Assembly (NCBI GenBank): GCA_048594725.1 | Contig: JBMDXA010000018.1 | Location: 10,055-74,054, forward strand | DNA: 64,000 bases | Direction of reading: 5' to 3' | Source: Candidatus Kapaibacteriota bacterium | GTDB lineage: Bacteria > Bacteroidota > Ignavibacteria > OLB7 | Part shown: positions 1 through 9,178 of the stretch, piece by piece | Numbering within the stretch: position 1 is the first letter of the stretch | Layout: every line of letters starts with the position of its first letter | Program-made: the position numbers and the translations under genes | Notes under the pieces: generated by a model | The model's input: the letters and a program-made list of their open reading frames with translations, nothing else | Told to the model about the DNA's origin: nothing | The model's database searches: none

Positions 1-132
1 CGTCTGGACAACAGGACCAGGATCGAGGCTCTCGGCCAGCACTGAGGCCGGCGGACGCCATTGCGGCCATCGCCGTTGCGGACGCCGCCGCTGCCGGATG
101 CCAAACGACTCCCCAACATCATCTCCCGGATT

Positions 133-1833
133 ATGATCGCACGGTCTACCCGTCTGCTCTTCATGCTTCTGTTCCTTGCCGCGGTCCTGCCGGCCACGGC
201 ACAGGTGGACCACGATCACGACCACCATGAGGAGACCGGGCAGGAGCGCCGCGCGCAGTGCGGCACCATGATCTGGATGCAGTACCAGAACGGCGGCGGC
301 AGAGATCCGAAGCTGAACCGCCTGCTCTCCTCCATCCGCTGCAACGGCGCCCGCCCGATCAAGGGGAACAGCATCCTCACCGATCAGCTTCACTTCCGGA
401 TTCACTACGATACCTTCGGCGAGGATTCGGTATCGGTGACCGATCGCAACAACAACTCCATCCCCGATTACATCGACTCGGTGGCCTACTACCTGGAGGA
501 TGCGTGGACCAGAGAGACCGGTGAATACGGCTTTGCCCCCCCCCCTCCCGATAACCGGGGTCCGGGGCCGGAGATCGACGTGTTCGTCTGCAATCTGGCC
601 GGCGAGGTCTATGGGTTCGCACAGCCGGAGACCGATCTGCCCACCGGACCGAACACGGTGAGCGGCTATCTGGTGATCGATAACGATTACCGCGAGCCGT
701 ATTTCACGCAGGGGATCAAGGGGCTGCGCGTAACGCTGGCCCACGAGTTCCATCATATCATCCAGTTCAGCCGCTATCGCTTCGATTTCTCCCAGTCGTC
801 GTTCTATGAGGCCACGGCCGTCTGGTTCGAGCGGGAACTTCACCCCGACGTCAAGGACTACAGCCAGTACACCGACGAGTTTCTGCGGATTCCGCAGGAG
901 TTCGGGCTTTCCACCCATAGAACCTATCAGCAGGGGGATGTCACCGGATATGCCCACATCCTCTATCTCACCTATCTGACAACCCGGCTGAACGACAAGC
1001 AGGTGGTGCGCAAGGCATGGGATCAGTTCCGGACCCAGGAGAACGTCTTCACCGCCATCGATCTGGCGCTGCGGGAATACGGGCTGAACCTGGAGAACAG
1101 CTTCTGCGAGTTCGCCGAATGGTCCTACTATACGGGGGTGCGGGCGCAGGGAAGCAAATATTTTCTCGATGCCTCCAGTCTCCCAACCATGGGCTCGGCC
1201 TCCAGCAAGCCGTTCGATGGGGATGATCTGCTTCTGGTGCAGGGGCGGCTCTACCCGCTCGGCTTCGGGCTGTACCGGTTCTGGGTGACCGGCACCGGAA
1301 GCGGGGCCCGCGATACGGTCGATTTCCTGGTGACCAATGCCCGCACCGATTTCGGCAAGGGGGGCGCCGGCATCGCCAAGGATCTGTTCACCCTGGAACT
1401 GAGCCGCACCGAACGGAGCGGCTTCCGTCCGCTGCGATTGAAGGATACCACCGAGACGATCTTTTTCCGGCTGAACGCTCCAAGCCCGCAATTCTGCGTA
1501 AACCCGATCATCGGAGGGACCGCCGCGGTGCTTCTTGCAACCACCGTGGCGCCGCAGCCCTTTATCAGCGACGGCGCGGCACAGCTTATCTTCGGCGTCA
1601 ATCTGGCGAAGGAACAGGTGCGGAACGCGCGGCTGGTGATCTACAGCACCTCCATGGCCGCCGTTACCGAGATCAACCTCACGGAGCTGGAATCGCTCAA
1701 CAACATCCTCGGCGTGATCTGGAACGGCACCGACTTCCGTGGCGATCTGGTGCCGAGCGGCGTCTATCTCTACGAGTTCACGATCAACGATGGAACGCCG
1801 AGCTTCGGTAAAATCGCCGTGATCCGGAAATGA
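133..1833 (+). CDS. Secreted putative zinc metallopeptidase (HExxH) with Por/T9SS-type C-terminal sorting domain
   Basis: Frame of ORF 61..1833; likely start at Met 133, giving signal peptide MIARSTRLLFMLLFLAAVLPATAQ. HExxH motif in VTLAHEFHHIIQF. C-terminus ...VYLYEFTINDGTPSFGKIAVIRK resembles the CTDs of the other secreted proteins in this window. GC3-rich codon usage. Confidence 0.6.
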   Translation: MIARSTRLLFMLLFLAAVLPATAQVDHDHDHHEETGQERRAQCGTMIWMQYQNGGGRDPKLNRLLSSIRCNGARPIKGNSILTDQLHFRIHYDTFGEDSVSVTDRNNNSIPDYIDSVAYYLEDAWTRETGEYGFAPPPPDNRGPGPEIDVFVCNLAGEVYGFAQPETDLPTGPNTVSGYLVIDNDYREPYFTQGIKGLRVTLAHEFHHIIQFSRYRFDFSQSSFYEATAVWFERELHPDVKDYSQYTDEFLRIPQEFGLSTHRTYQQGDVTGYAHILYLTYLTTRLNDKQVVRKAWDQFRTQENVFTAIDLALREYGLNLENSFCEFAEWSYYTGVRAQGSKYFLDASSLPTMGSASSKPFDGDDLLLVQGRLYPLGFGLYRFWVTGTGSGARDTVDFLVTNARTDFGKGGAGIAKDLFTLELSRTERSGFRPLRLKDTTETIFFRLNAPSPQFCVNPIIGGTAAVLLATTVAPQPFISDGAAQLIFGVNLAKEQVRNARLVIYSTSMAAVTEINLTELESLNNILGVIWNGTDFRGDLVPSGVYLYEFTINDGTPSFGKIAVIRK

Positions 1834-2576
1834 TGGACGCAGCAGCGGACCGCAGCGGCCGGACCGATGGACTCCGGGAGAACCGGCCGGATGAGGGCCT
1901 CCCGGCTCTTCCCCCGTTCCCCCCGGCACTCCGGGAGCGGAACGTGGAACTGCGTGCCGAGCGTCTTACCAGGCGATTCGGCCTTCGCACCATCTTCTCC
2001 GATCTCTCCTTCACCCTGGGCTCCGGGGATATCCTCGCCATCACCGGGCGCAACGGCTCCGGCAAATCCACCCTTCTGAAGATCCTGGCAAACGCTGCGG
2101 AACACTCCTCCGGCTCGGTACGCTGGAGCCTGGAGGGGAACGCGCTGGACGCCGAACGCCTCCCCGCGCAACTCGGCTATGTGGCCCCCTACCTCCAGCT
2201 CTACGGCGAATTCGCCGCCTGGGAACATGTGGAGCTATTGCAGGAGATGCGCGGCCTCTCGTTCGATCCCGAACGGGCCTCCCTCCTGTTCGAATTGTTC
2301 GGCCTGGGCTCGCGCCGCAACGAACCGATCGAGACCTACAGCTCCGGGATGATGCAGCGGGTGAAGTTCATCTGCGCGCTGATCCATCATCCCTCCCTTC
2401 TTTTTCTGGATGAGCCGATGAGCAATCTGGACGTGCAGGGAATAGCCACCATGCGCGCCCTGATCGGACACGAAAGCGCCGGCCGGATCACGATCATCGC
2501 CACCAACGAGGAGGAGGATGTGGAATTGTGCACGAAGATGCTGTCGGTGGAGAGAAAAGGGCGGATGACTTCGTAA
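1830..2576 (+). CDS. ABC transporter ATP-binding protein, CcmA-like
   Basis: Walker A GRNGSGKST. Degenerate signature YSSGMMQRV. Walker B LLFLDEPMSNLD. Overall resemblance to the CcmA-type ATPase layout (TFTLGSGDILAITG...). The ATG at 1830 overlaps the upstream TGA (ATGA coupling). The true start may be an internal codon about 38 aa downstream. Confidence 0.7.
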   Translation: MMDAAADRSGRTDGLRENRPDEGLPALPPFPPALRERNVELRAERLTRRFGLRTIFSDLSFTLGSGDILAITGRNGSGKSTLLKILANAAEHSSGSVRWSLEGNALDAERLPAQLGYVAPYLQLYGEFAAWEHVELLQEMRGLSFDPERASLLFELFGLGSRRNEPIETYSSGMMQRVKFICALIHHPSLLFLDEPMSNLDVQGIATMRALIGHESAGRITIIATNEEEDVELCTKMLSVERKGRMTS

Positions 2577-2653
2577 TACGAGCGTTCGTGGCCGTACGGC
2601 AATTACCCGATTACCGTACCATTCCCGCAGAACGGCGCCGTACCACGAACTCT

Positions 2654-2685
2654 CCCCCCAATCGAAAATCGAAAATCGAAAATCC
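2654..2685. repeat. Copy of dispersed C-run + (AATCGAAAATC / CGAAAAT heptamer) intergenic repeat
   Basis: ccccccAATCGAAAATCGAAAATCGAAAATcc, lying between the convergent ABC ATPase and MlaD genes. It directly abuts the MlaD stop codon (rc tca at 2687-2689). Confidence 0.6.
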
Positions 2686-2686
2686 A

Positions 2687-3640
2687 TCAATCTCCAAACC
2701 CGATATTGATGCGGGTTCGGATGCCGGAGCGTTCTATGTCCCTGATGAGGAGCTGCACGGCATTGAGGGTGCTGTCGAGCTGGGAGGCGAACTGCTTGTC
2801 GTAGAGAAGTTTCGAGATGGCCCCGCCGCCGCTTCGTACATCGGTGGCGATGGAATCGAGCCCGGCCAGAAGATTATCGACGCGGTAGAGGGTGCTATCC
2901 ACGTGAAGGATGGCCTGGCGCGCATCGGTTGCGGCCCCTTCGGCGGTCACCAGCATGCGGTCCACACTCGGGCGGGTGCGATTGACCAGTTCGCGCAGAT
3001 CGGCTGTTGCGCGGTCGATGTTGGTTACGGTGCGCTCTATCGCCTCGCGGTTCCCCACGGCGATCTCGCGGGCGGTCTGGCTGGTGGCCTCCAGATTGGA
3101 GAGAGTGTTTTTCAGGCCGCTCTGAAACTGCGGCGATCCCAGCATCCCATTGACGCTCTGCATGGTGGAATCGAGCCTCTGGAGCAGCACCTTCGCACGT
3201 CCGCCGATATCCCCGACATCGGCCAGAAGGGCGGAGATATCCCCCTGGACGGTTCCGGGAATCACCGCCCCGGCCGCAAGCGGCTCCGGCGAGGCACCGG
3301 AGGAGATCTCTATCTTCTTGCCGCCGGTCACCTCCAGCATCTGAAGGGTGGCGGCCGCATCGCGTTGCAGCGGCACCCCCGACTCCACCGTGGCCGTGAT
3401 CCGCACCTCATCGGAACGCACATCGAGGCCGGTGACCGCCCCCTTGCGCACCCCCTTGACGGTGATGGGCGTGCCCACATCGACGCCGGAGGCATCATTG
3501 AAACTCATCTGAATGCTCCGCTCCGCCAGGCCGATGCCGAATCCCCCTCCCTTCCCCCAGACGATGCCACCGATCAGGATGACCAGTGCCAGCACTGCCA
3601 CCACACCAACACGTATCTCTTGCGACCTGGATATTGCCAT
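2687..3640 (-). CDS. MlaD/Mce-family protein (MCE domain, N-terminal TM anchor)
   Basis: N-terminal TM helix VGVVAVLALVILIGGIVW, then MCE-like region VKGVRKGAVTGLDVRSDEVRITATVESGVPLQRDAAATLQMLEVTGGKKIEI. No MlaE/MlaF partner is adjacent. Confidence 0.75.
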   Translation of the reverse strand: MAISRSQEIRVGVVAVLALVILIGGIVWGKGGGFGIGLAERSIQMSFNDASGVDVGTPITVKGVRKGAVTGLDVRSDEVRITATVESGVPLQRDAAATLQMLEVTGGKKIEISSGASPEPLAAGAVIPGTVQGDISALLADVGDIGGRAKVLLQRLDSTMQSVNGMLGSPQFQSGLKNTLSNLEATSQTAREIAVGNREAIERTVTNIDRATADLRELVNRTRPSVDRMLVTAEGAATDARQAILHVDSTLYRVDNLLAGLDSIATDVRSGGGAISKLLYDKQFASQLDSTLNAVQLLIRDIERSGIRTRINIGFGD

Positions 3641-3647
3641 TGAGAGA

Positions 3648-3684
3648 GGGAATTTTCGATGTACGATTTCGGATGTTCTATTGG
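3648..3684. repeat. Degenerate copy of the CGAAAAT-heptamer repeat family (reverse orientation)
   Basis: gggAATTTTCGATgtaCGATTTCGGATgttctattgg, immediately upstream of the MlaD start codon (3640). Confidence 0.35.
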
Positions 3685-3962
3685 CCGGGAGAGGGCTCAG
3701 GGGCCGGAAGAGAGGCCGGGGGTCGAAATTAGCGTGGGAAGGGTCCCTGCGCTACATTCTTTTTGCTACTATCGATCAACCGCTCGCAGCCGGCCACCGC
3801 CCGCAAGCATCTCCCGGCTCTGCTATTCCGGCAACTTCGTGCCAACACCTGCGGCCCCGTACTTCCGACGGCGGCCGGCGGCGGATGCAACGGCGCGTGG
3901 CACTCATCATCATCCTCGCAGAGCGGAGTACGGTTGACTTAACCTCTCCCCCATAACACAAG

Positions 3963-3990
3963 TAGCTCCGGAGGAATCCCCGGAGCTACT
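3963..3990 (-). terminator. Hairpin downstream of ssb (possible terminator)
   Basis: Perfect 10-bp inverted repeat GTAGCTCCGG-aggaatcc-CCGGAGCTAC, about 30 nt downstream of the ssb stop. Only a weak U-tract on the minus strand. Confidence 0.4.
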
Positions 3991-4020
3991 TCAAGTATCA
4001 GATGACGGAGCGATTCTCTC

Positions 4021-4506
4021 TTAGAACGGGAGATCGTCGTCCTTGATATCATCCACGCCGACACCGGCGGGCGAGGACTGGGCGTAGGAGTTTGCGGGGG
4101 CCGATCCGGCGGAGCGGGACATCTGTCCTCCCCCCATCTGACCTCCCATCTGGTCCCCTTCGCCGCCACGGCCGCCATCCAGGAATGCGAAATCGCTGCC
4201 GTTGATCTCGGTGATATAGCGGGTCTGCCCCTCCTTATCCTCGTACTTGCGGCTCTGGATACGCCCTTCCACATAGATCTGGCGGCCCTTCTTCATGTAC
4301 TGGCTGATGATCTCGCCGGCCTTCCCCCAGAAGACAATATTATGCCACTCCGAACGCTCTACTTGGTTACCGTCCCGGTCCTTGTAGCTTTCATCGGTCA
4401 CCAACTTGAACGTGCAGACGGGCTGCCCGTTCTGGGTGTAGCGAAGTTCCGGGTCATTCGGCTGGATATGGCCGATCAACATGACTTTATTGAGGCCTCG
4501 TGCCAT
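4021..4506 (-). CDS. ssb: Single-stranded DNA-binding protein
   Basis: MARGLNKVMLIGHIQPNDPELRYTQNGQPVCTFKLVTDESYKDRDGNQVERSEWHNIVFWGKAGEIISQYMKKGRQIYVEGRIQSRKYEDKEGQ... is an OB-fold SSB. Gly/Gln-rich linker and acidic tail DDDLPF at the C-terminus. Start at the cat at 4504-4506. Confidence 0.9.
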   Translation of the reverse strand: MARGLNKVMLIGHIQPNDPELRYTQNGQPVCTFKLVTDESYKDRDGNQVERSEWHNIVFWGKAGEIISQYMKKGRQIYVEGRIQSRKYEDKEGQTRYITEINGSDFAFLDGGRGGEGDQMGGQMGGGQMSRSAGSAPANSYAQSSPAGVGVDDIKDDDLPF

Positions 4507-4693
4507 GGGTCTACTCCCTCGTAGTAAAGAACTGAACTTGTGGCGTTTCAACCGAAGTTACAACGCCCGCGAATATAGCGTATAAGGCTCCGCTCGCCAA
4601 TAGCAAAACCGGTTACAGTTTCGGTCCCGTAGAGACGTATGAGTGCCAGGGATATGGGGGAGGGTTTCAGGGAAAAACGAAAAAATTTGTTGT

Positions 4694-4712
4694 CTGCGAC
4701 ACAGTGTCGCAG
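4694..4712. promoter_or_regulatory. Perfect 9-bp-arm palindrome in the ssb / divergent gene promoter region
   Basis: CTGCGACAC-A-GTGTCGCAG flanked by A/T-rich sequence (aaaaatttgttgt...tatttttcacc). It lies about 190 bp upstream of the ssb start and about 250 bp upstream of the divergent ORF at 4964. Confidence 0.25.
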
Positions 4713-4963
4713 TATTTTTCACCTTGATTCGGGGAGCATACCGGTCAGGGATCACCCTTCCACCCTCCGAGTTCAGATTCGGACCATCTCCTAACCAGAA
4801 CCAGAGAGTTCTCGTTAGAGTATCTCAACCCTTCTCTACATCGAATTCCAATCCGTTTTCAATAACGCTCACTGATTCCGGGCGCTGCGTTCCGTATCAT
4901 CCCGGGAGTCATTCCCGAACGCAGTGAAGAGGAATCTATCTCTCAATTGAAGGATCATTCCCT

Positions 4964-6136
4964 ATGAGCAACAATGGCGAGAAGTATAAAGGCAATCTCA
5001 TGCAGGGGTTGCTCTTTTTACTTATCCTGGTAGCGGCCACCTATAGCTTTCAGACCTTTGTCATCAAGCCGGCATTCAAGTCCGCGATGATCGGTCTGTT
5101 CGCTCCCCCGAGCGCTCGTGCTCACAGTCACCAAGAAACCATCCAGGAAGAGGAATTCATCCTCGACATGAGCAACAAGGTGCAGACGGCCAATGCCGAC
5201 GAGGGGTATGAGAAGGGCGCCGGCGAGTGGATCGTTGCCGCAGAGGGTCTTGGCGAGGCACCTATCCATATCCAGCCGTGGGTTACCTTCGGCATTTTCT
5301 CGGTGTTCTTCGGGTTCATTGTGGCTACGTTGGTTACCGCCATACTTCCCCGCCCGATCGGCTACATTGCCAACAAGATCGAACGCGAGATCGACTCGAC
5401 GATCAACCGTATCGATGAGCAGACCGGTGACAAGATCTCGCGCGAGGAGATCGAGCGTATCACCGCCGCCAATTCCAAGGATGACCTGACGCCGATCGAA
5501 AAGCAGTTCGGCCCGGTGATCGTCAGCGAAATCGAGGACGTGCGCAACGCCCGCCGCTGGAAGCGCAACCGCCTTCTGGTGTTCAAGGGGCTGCGCCTGT
5601 ACATGACCCGCCACTTCTCCGAGAAGTATGCGAACAACGTGCAGGGCTTCGCCTACGGTGGCGCCGCTATCCTTATCGTGATCATCGGTATCCGCGGTCT
5701 GAAGTTCATTCCGCCGACCCAGCCGTCGATCCTTCTGGCAGCTATCACGCTCGAGTTCTCGCTGCTTGTGCTCCTGGCCGTCACCCTCTTCTACACCGAA
5801 GAGGAACAGCGTATGGACAAGCTGATGCGCAACCTCGAGGAGAGCTCCGAAGGGCAGAAGTATGAACTCATCAACCTGGTTCGTACCTCCCAGCAGCAGC
5901 AGCGCGACCTGGCCTCGATGGTCGATTACATCCAGCGCCAGACCGATAACCTCCAGCGCATGGCCGACGCCCTTACCGGCGCCAACCGCGAGTACATCAT
6001 CCAGGTGGCCCAGCGCGCCGTGGCTGAGTACGTGACCGCGGAGACCAGCAAGGAGATCACCGAGAAGGTGATCCGCGAGAAGATCGACGCAGCTCTCGGC
6101 CAGATGTTCGGCAGCAACCGCCAGATCGAAGGCTAA
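4964..6136 (+). CDS. Hypothetical membrane protein with cytoplasmic coiled-coil region
   Basis: 390-aa ORF with GC3-rich codons. Predicted TM segments (LLFLLILVAATYSF; WVTFGIFSVFFGFIVATLVTAIL; AAILIVIIGIRGL; ILLAAITLEFSLLVLLAVTLFY). Charged coiled-coil stretches. No recognisable family motif. Confidence 0.55.
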   Translation: MSNNGEKYKGNLMQGLLFLLILVAATYSFQTFVIKPAFKSAMIGLFAPPSARAHSHQETIQEEEFILDMSNKVQTANADEGYEKGAGEWIVAAEGLGEAPIHIQPWVTFGIFSVFFGFIVATLVTAILPRPIGYIANKIEREIDSTINRIDEQTGDKISREEIERITAANSKDDLTPIEKQFGPVIVSEIEDVRNARRWKRNRLLVFKGLRLYMTRHFSEKYANNVQGFAYGGAAILIVIIGIRGLKFIPPTQPSILLAAITLEFSLLVLLAVTLFYTEEEQRMDKLMRNLEESSEGQKYELINLVRTSQQQQRDLASMVDYIQRQTDNLQRMADALTGANREYIIQVAQRAVAEYVTAETSKEITEKVIREKIDAALGQMFGSNRQIEG

Positions 6137-6350
6137 GAGCCCCGAAGACGAAACAACGAAGAGCATCCCCATGCAGGTGGGGATGCTCTTTCTTTTTTAT
6201 GGAAGGATCGTTCTTAACAGAAAGGTCGGTGGTCGGTGCGCCGGCTTCGAGCGCCTCCGGCAGTTCGTGGTCGCCGGAGAATGAAATCGCCGGTGCCGCC
6301 GGGGCTTCCGGCGCAAGGACGACGGACTACCGGCGAGGGAATTCCCCCCA

Positions 6351-7271
6351 TCACTTTACAATCGGAACTCCCCCCCACTCCCGTAGATCCCCGATCGTGC
6401 ATCGCACATCGTTCTCCAGGCGGCGGAGCCAGGTCATCTGGCGCTTTGCGTAGCGGCGGGTGGATTGCTGGATAAGATCGATCATGCGGGACTCGCTGAT
6501 TTCCCCGGCAAGCCAGGCAAGCACCTCCGCGTAGCCGACCGTTCGCATCCCCGGAGCATTCCGCTCGTAACCGGCGGCCAGCAGCCCCCTGGTCTCCTCC
6601 ACCAGCCCGGCCTCCAGCATCGACAGAACGCGCCGGTTGATCCGGTCATAGAGCGTGGCCCGCTCCGGCGCGAGAATGTGATAGACGGGTTTGAACGGAG
6701 CCGCCTGGATCGATTCTCCGCCGCTCATAAAAGTGCTGTAGGGAATCCCGGTCTGGTGGTAGCAGCAGAGCGCCCGCAGGGTTTTCACGTGGTTGTTGGG
6801 GGAATGCGCGCGCGCCGCCTCCGGATCGATCCGCATCAGCTCATCGTGGAGACGATCGAACCCCTCCTCCTCCCCCCGCTTCTGAAGCTCCGCAAGGATC
6901 TCCGGGTCCACCGTGGGAGCCCCCAGCCCCTCGAAGAGCGCCTTTACGTAGAATCCCGATCCTCCCACCACCAGCGGCGTCCCCCCGCGTTCCAGTACCC
7001 CGGCGATGGCGTTCCTGGCCGCTTCGGCATACTCACCGGCGGAGTAGAGTACGTCCGGCGCGACGATATCGATAAGATGGTGCCGGACGCGCGCCAGTTC
7101 CTCCGGCGAGGGTTTGGCGGTGCCGATATCCATGCCGGCGTAGATCTGCCGGGAATCGGCCGAGATGATCTCGATGCCGGGATGGCGCTCCGCCAGCTCC
7201 AGCGACAGAGCGGTCTTGCCGGATGCGGTAGGACCGATGATAACCGGAATGGCTCCCCTCTGCACGGTCAT
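6351..7271 (-). CDS. miaA: tRNA dimethylallyltransferase
   Basis: P-loop VIIGPTASGKTALSLELA; IISADSRQIYAGMDIGTAKPSPEE; HHLIDIV motif region. Typical MiaA length. Confidence 0.9.
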   Translation of the reverse strand: MTVQRGAIPVIIGPTASGKTALSLELAERHPGIEIISADSRQIYAGMDIGTAKPSPEELARVRHHLIDIVAPDVLYSAGEYAEAARNAIAGVLERGGTPLVVGGSGFYVKALFEGLGAPTVDPEILAELQKRGEEEGFDRLHDELMRIDPEAARAHSPNNHVKTLRALCCYHQTGIPYSTFMSGGESIQAAPFKPVYHILAPERATLYDRINRRVLSMLEAGLVEETRGLLAAGYERNAPGMRTVGYAEVLAWLAGEISESRMIDLIQQSTRRYAKRQMTWLRRLENDVRCTIGDLREWGGVPIVK

Positions 7272-7960
7272 CGCGACTCGTTCCCCGTATCATCCCTGTC
7301 CCAGGCATTGCGGCCGATCAGCGGCACGAACTTGAACTCGCCGTACTCGAACAGATCGTACTCCCCGCTATCCCCCACCTTCACCGCCATCTGCATCCGC
7401 TGCACCTGCCGGTCGCCGGTGGGGATCACCAGACGGCCATCCGGGGCGAGCTGCCGCAGAAGCGACGAGGGGATCACCGGCGCACCGGCGGTGACGATGA
7501 TACGGTCGTAGGGGGCATAGCTGGTCCAGCCGAGCGTCCCGTCGCCGAGATAGGTGGCGACATTGCAGCCGATCTTCTCCAGCGCCCTGCGCGCGCCGGC
7601 CATCAGCTCGGCGTGGCGCTCCACGGTAAACACCTTCATTCCCATCACCGAGAGCACGGCGGCCTGATAGCCGCTTCCGGTGCCGATCTCCAGCACCTTC
7701 ATGCCGGGGCGCGCTTCAAGGATCTGGCTCATCGTCGCCACGGTAAAGGGCTGCGAGATGGTCTGCCCGCACCCTATCGGGAGCGCATCGTCATCGTAGG
7801 CGCGATGGCGGAACGCCGGAGGAACGAACTCCTCGCGGGGGATGGAGCCGATGGCATGAAGCACGGCCTCGTCGTGGATGCCCCGGTCGCGCAGCAGCGC
7901 AACCAGCTCGCGGCGGGCGATGGAATTGGGGGATGAGAAGCGTCTCTGATGATCGATCAT
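7268..7960 (-). CDS. pcm: Protein-L-isoaspartate O-methyltransferase
   Basis: SAM-binding motif VLEIGTGSGYQAAVLS. ...DRIIVTAGAPVIPSSLLRQLAPDGRLVIPTG is typical of PIMT. The 4-nt overlap with the miaA start suggests coupling. Start taken at the cat at 7958-7960. Confidence 0.85.
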   Translation of the reverse strand: MIDHQRRFSSPNSIARRELVALLRDRGIHDEAVLHAIGSIPREEFVPPAFRHRAYDDDALPIGCGQTISQPFTVATMSQILEARPGMKVLEIGTGSGYQAAVLSVMGMKVFTVERHAELMAGARRALEKIGCNVATYLGDGTLGWTSYAPYDRIIVTAGAPVIPSSLLRQLAPDGRLVIPTGDRQVQRMQMAVKVGDSGEYDLFEYGEFKFVPLIGRNAWDRDDTGNESR

Positions 7961-7967
7961 TATCCTG

Positions 7968-8867
7968 TTACTGCCCATGATTTCCGGAAGAGCGTTTTGC
8001 CTTCCGTGTGCGTCGTCTCCGCAGCATCGTTCCCTGCCGCTGCGCCAGTGAATCCATGATCGCCCGCATCACCCGGCGGTCGCGCCGGTTCAGCGTCACC
8101 TCCAGCGCCTGCAGGAGCGTCAGGCGGAGCGTGTCGATCGACTGGTTGTAATACAGCTTCCCTTCCTGCGCAAAACTGATCCTGCCGGTCTCCTCGCTTA
8201 CGATGATAACGAAGACGTCGGCCTGCTCGCTGATGCCGAGTCCGGCACGATGGCGGGTTCCGAGGAGCACATCGGCGATACGGGTGGCGGCGCTGAGCGG
8301 GAGCACCACCCGCGCCGAGCGGATCTGTTCGCCGCTCACCACCACCGCGCCATCATGCAGGGGGGATTTCGGGTTGAAGATCGAGACCAGCATCTCCTTG
8401 GTCAGCTTGGAATCGATCGGCACCCCGGTATCGAACGTCAGGGAGATATCGGTGGTGCGCGTCACCACGATCAGCGCGCCGTAGCGCCGCAGCGCCAGAT
8501 CCTCCGAGGCGCTCACCAGTTCGTCCACCGCCTGGCTGATATCATATCGCTCGAACGACGTAAACAGGCCGTTGCGCCCTATCAGCAGGAGGATTCTTCG
8601 GAGTTCCGGCTGGAACAGGATGATAAGCGCTATCACCCAGATATCGCTCACCGTCCGGAGCATCCAGCTCAGAAGCTTCATATCGAGCGTCTGGCTTACG
8701 AAGCTGACGGCGATGATCAGGAGCAGACCGAGGAAGATCTGCGCCGCGATCGTTCCGCGCATCACCGAGTACAGGCGATACAGCACAAACGCCACGATCG
8801 CGATATCGATCAGGTCGATAACCGTGATCCGGAGAAAGCCGATCTGAAAAAGAAGTGGGTTGGGCAT
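7968..8867 (-). CDS. cdaA: Diadenylate cyclase (c-di-AMP synthase), CdaA-type
   Basis: Three N-terminal TM helices then a DAC domain: LHDGAVVVSGEQIRSARVVLPLS...LGTRHRAGLGISEQADVFVIIVSEETGRISFAQEG. Start chosen at MPNPLLFQ (cat at 8865-8867). The longer ORF to 9134 lacks coding character upstream. Confidence 0.85.
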   Translation of the reverse strand: MPNPLLFQIGFLRITVIDLIDIAIVAFVLYRLYSVMRGTIAAQIFLGLLLIIAVSFVSQTLDMKLLSWMLRTVSDIWVIALIILFQPELRRILLLIGRNGLFTSFERYDISQAVDELVSASEDLALRRYGALIVVTRTTDISLTFDTGVPIDSKLTKEMLVSIFNPKSPLHDGAVVVSGEQIRSARVVLPLSAATRIADVLLGTRHRAGLGISEQADVFVIIVSEETGRISFAQEGKLYYNQSIDTLRLTLLQALEVTLNRRDRRVMRAIMDSLAQRQGTMLRRRRTRKAKRSSGNHGQ

Positions 8868-9178
8868 CAGGAGCTTGTTGCCGCGTTGATGCAAGCCGGA
8901 TGGAAGACCATATCCCCCCTGTTGTTCCGCGTTATTGCTGCGCGCCGGGCCGGGACGGAAGAGCGCGCTGTTGATCCGCCGGCCAGGGGGCGCTGAAAGA
9001 GAGTAAAATAGCACATCCTCCCCAATCGCGCGCAGTGACCGTTCCAGGCAAGCGGCAACTGCGGGCCATGCCGGAAGCGATGATGCGAACAGAAGGAATG
9101 ATGGTGGGCCGGAATCCGGCAAGCGGCGCGGCAAAGATCTGCTGTCATCTTCCGCCTGCAGGATTGATTATCGGGAGA

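Noticed and set aside
3513-3956. 147-aa plus-strand ORF, and 3659-3937(+) between mlaD and ssb.
   Set aside because: They lie in the mlaD promoter and ssb terminator region and have Pro/Arg-rich composition. They overlap the degenerate heptamer repeat.
7968-9134. 388-aa version of cdaA and 236-aa version of pcm (start 7978).
   Set aside because: The N-terminal 89 residues of the long cdaA ORF are Pro/Ala/Arg-rich with no TM or codon bias. CdaA-like topology (3 TM + DAC) begins at MPNPLLFQ. For pcm the downstream Met (7960) avoids overlap with the cdaA stop. Both longer forms remain possible but are less parsimonious.
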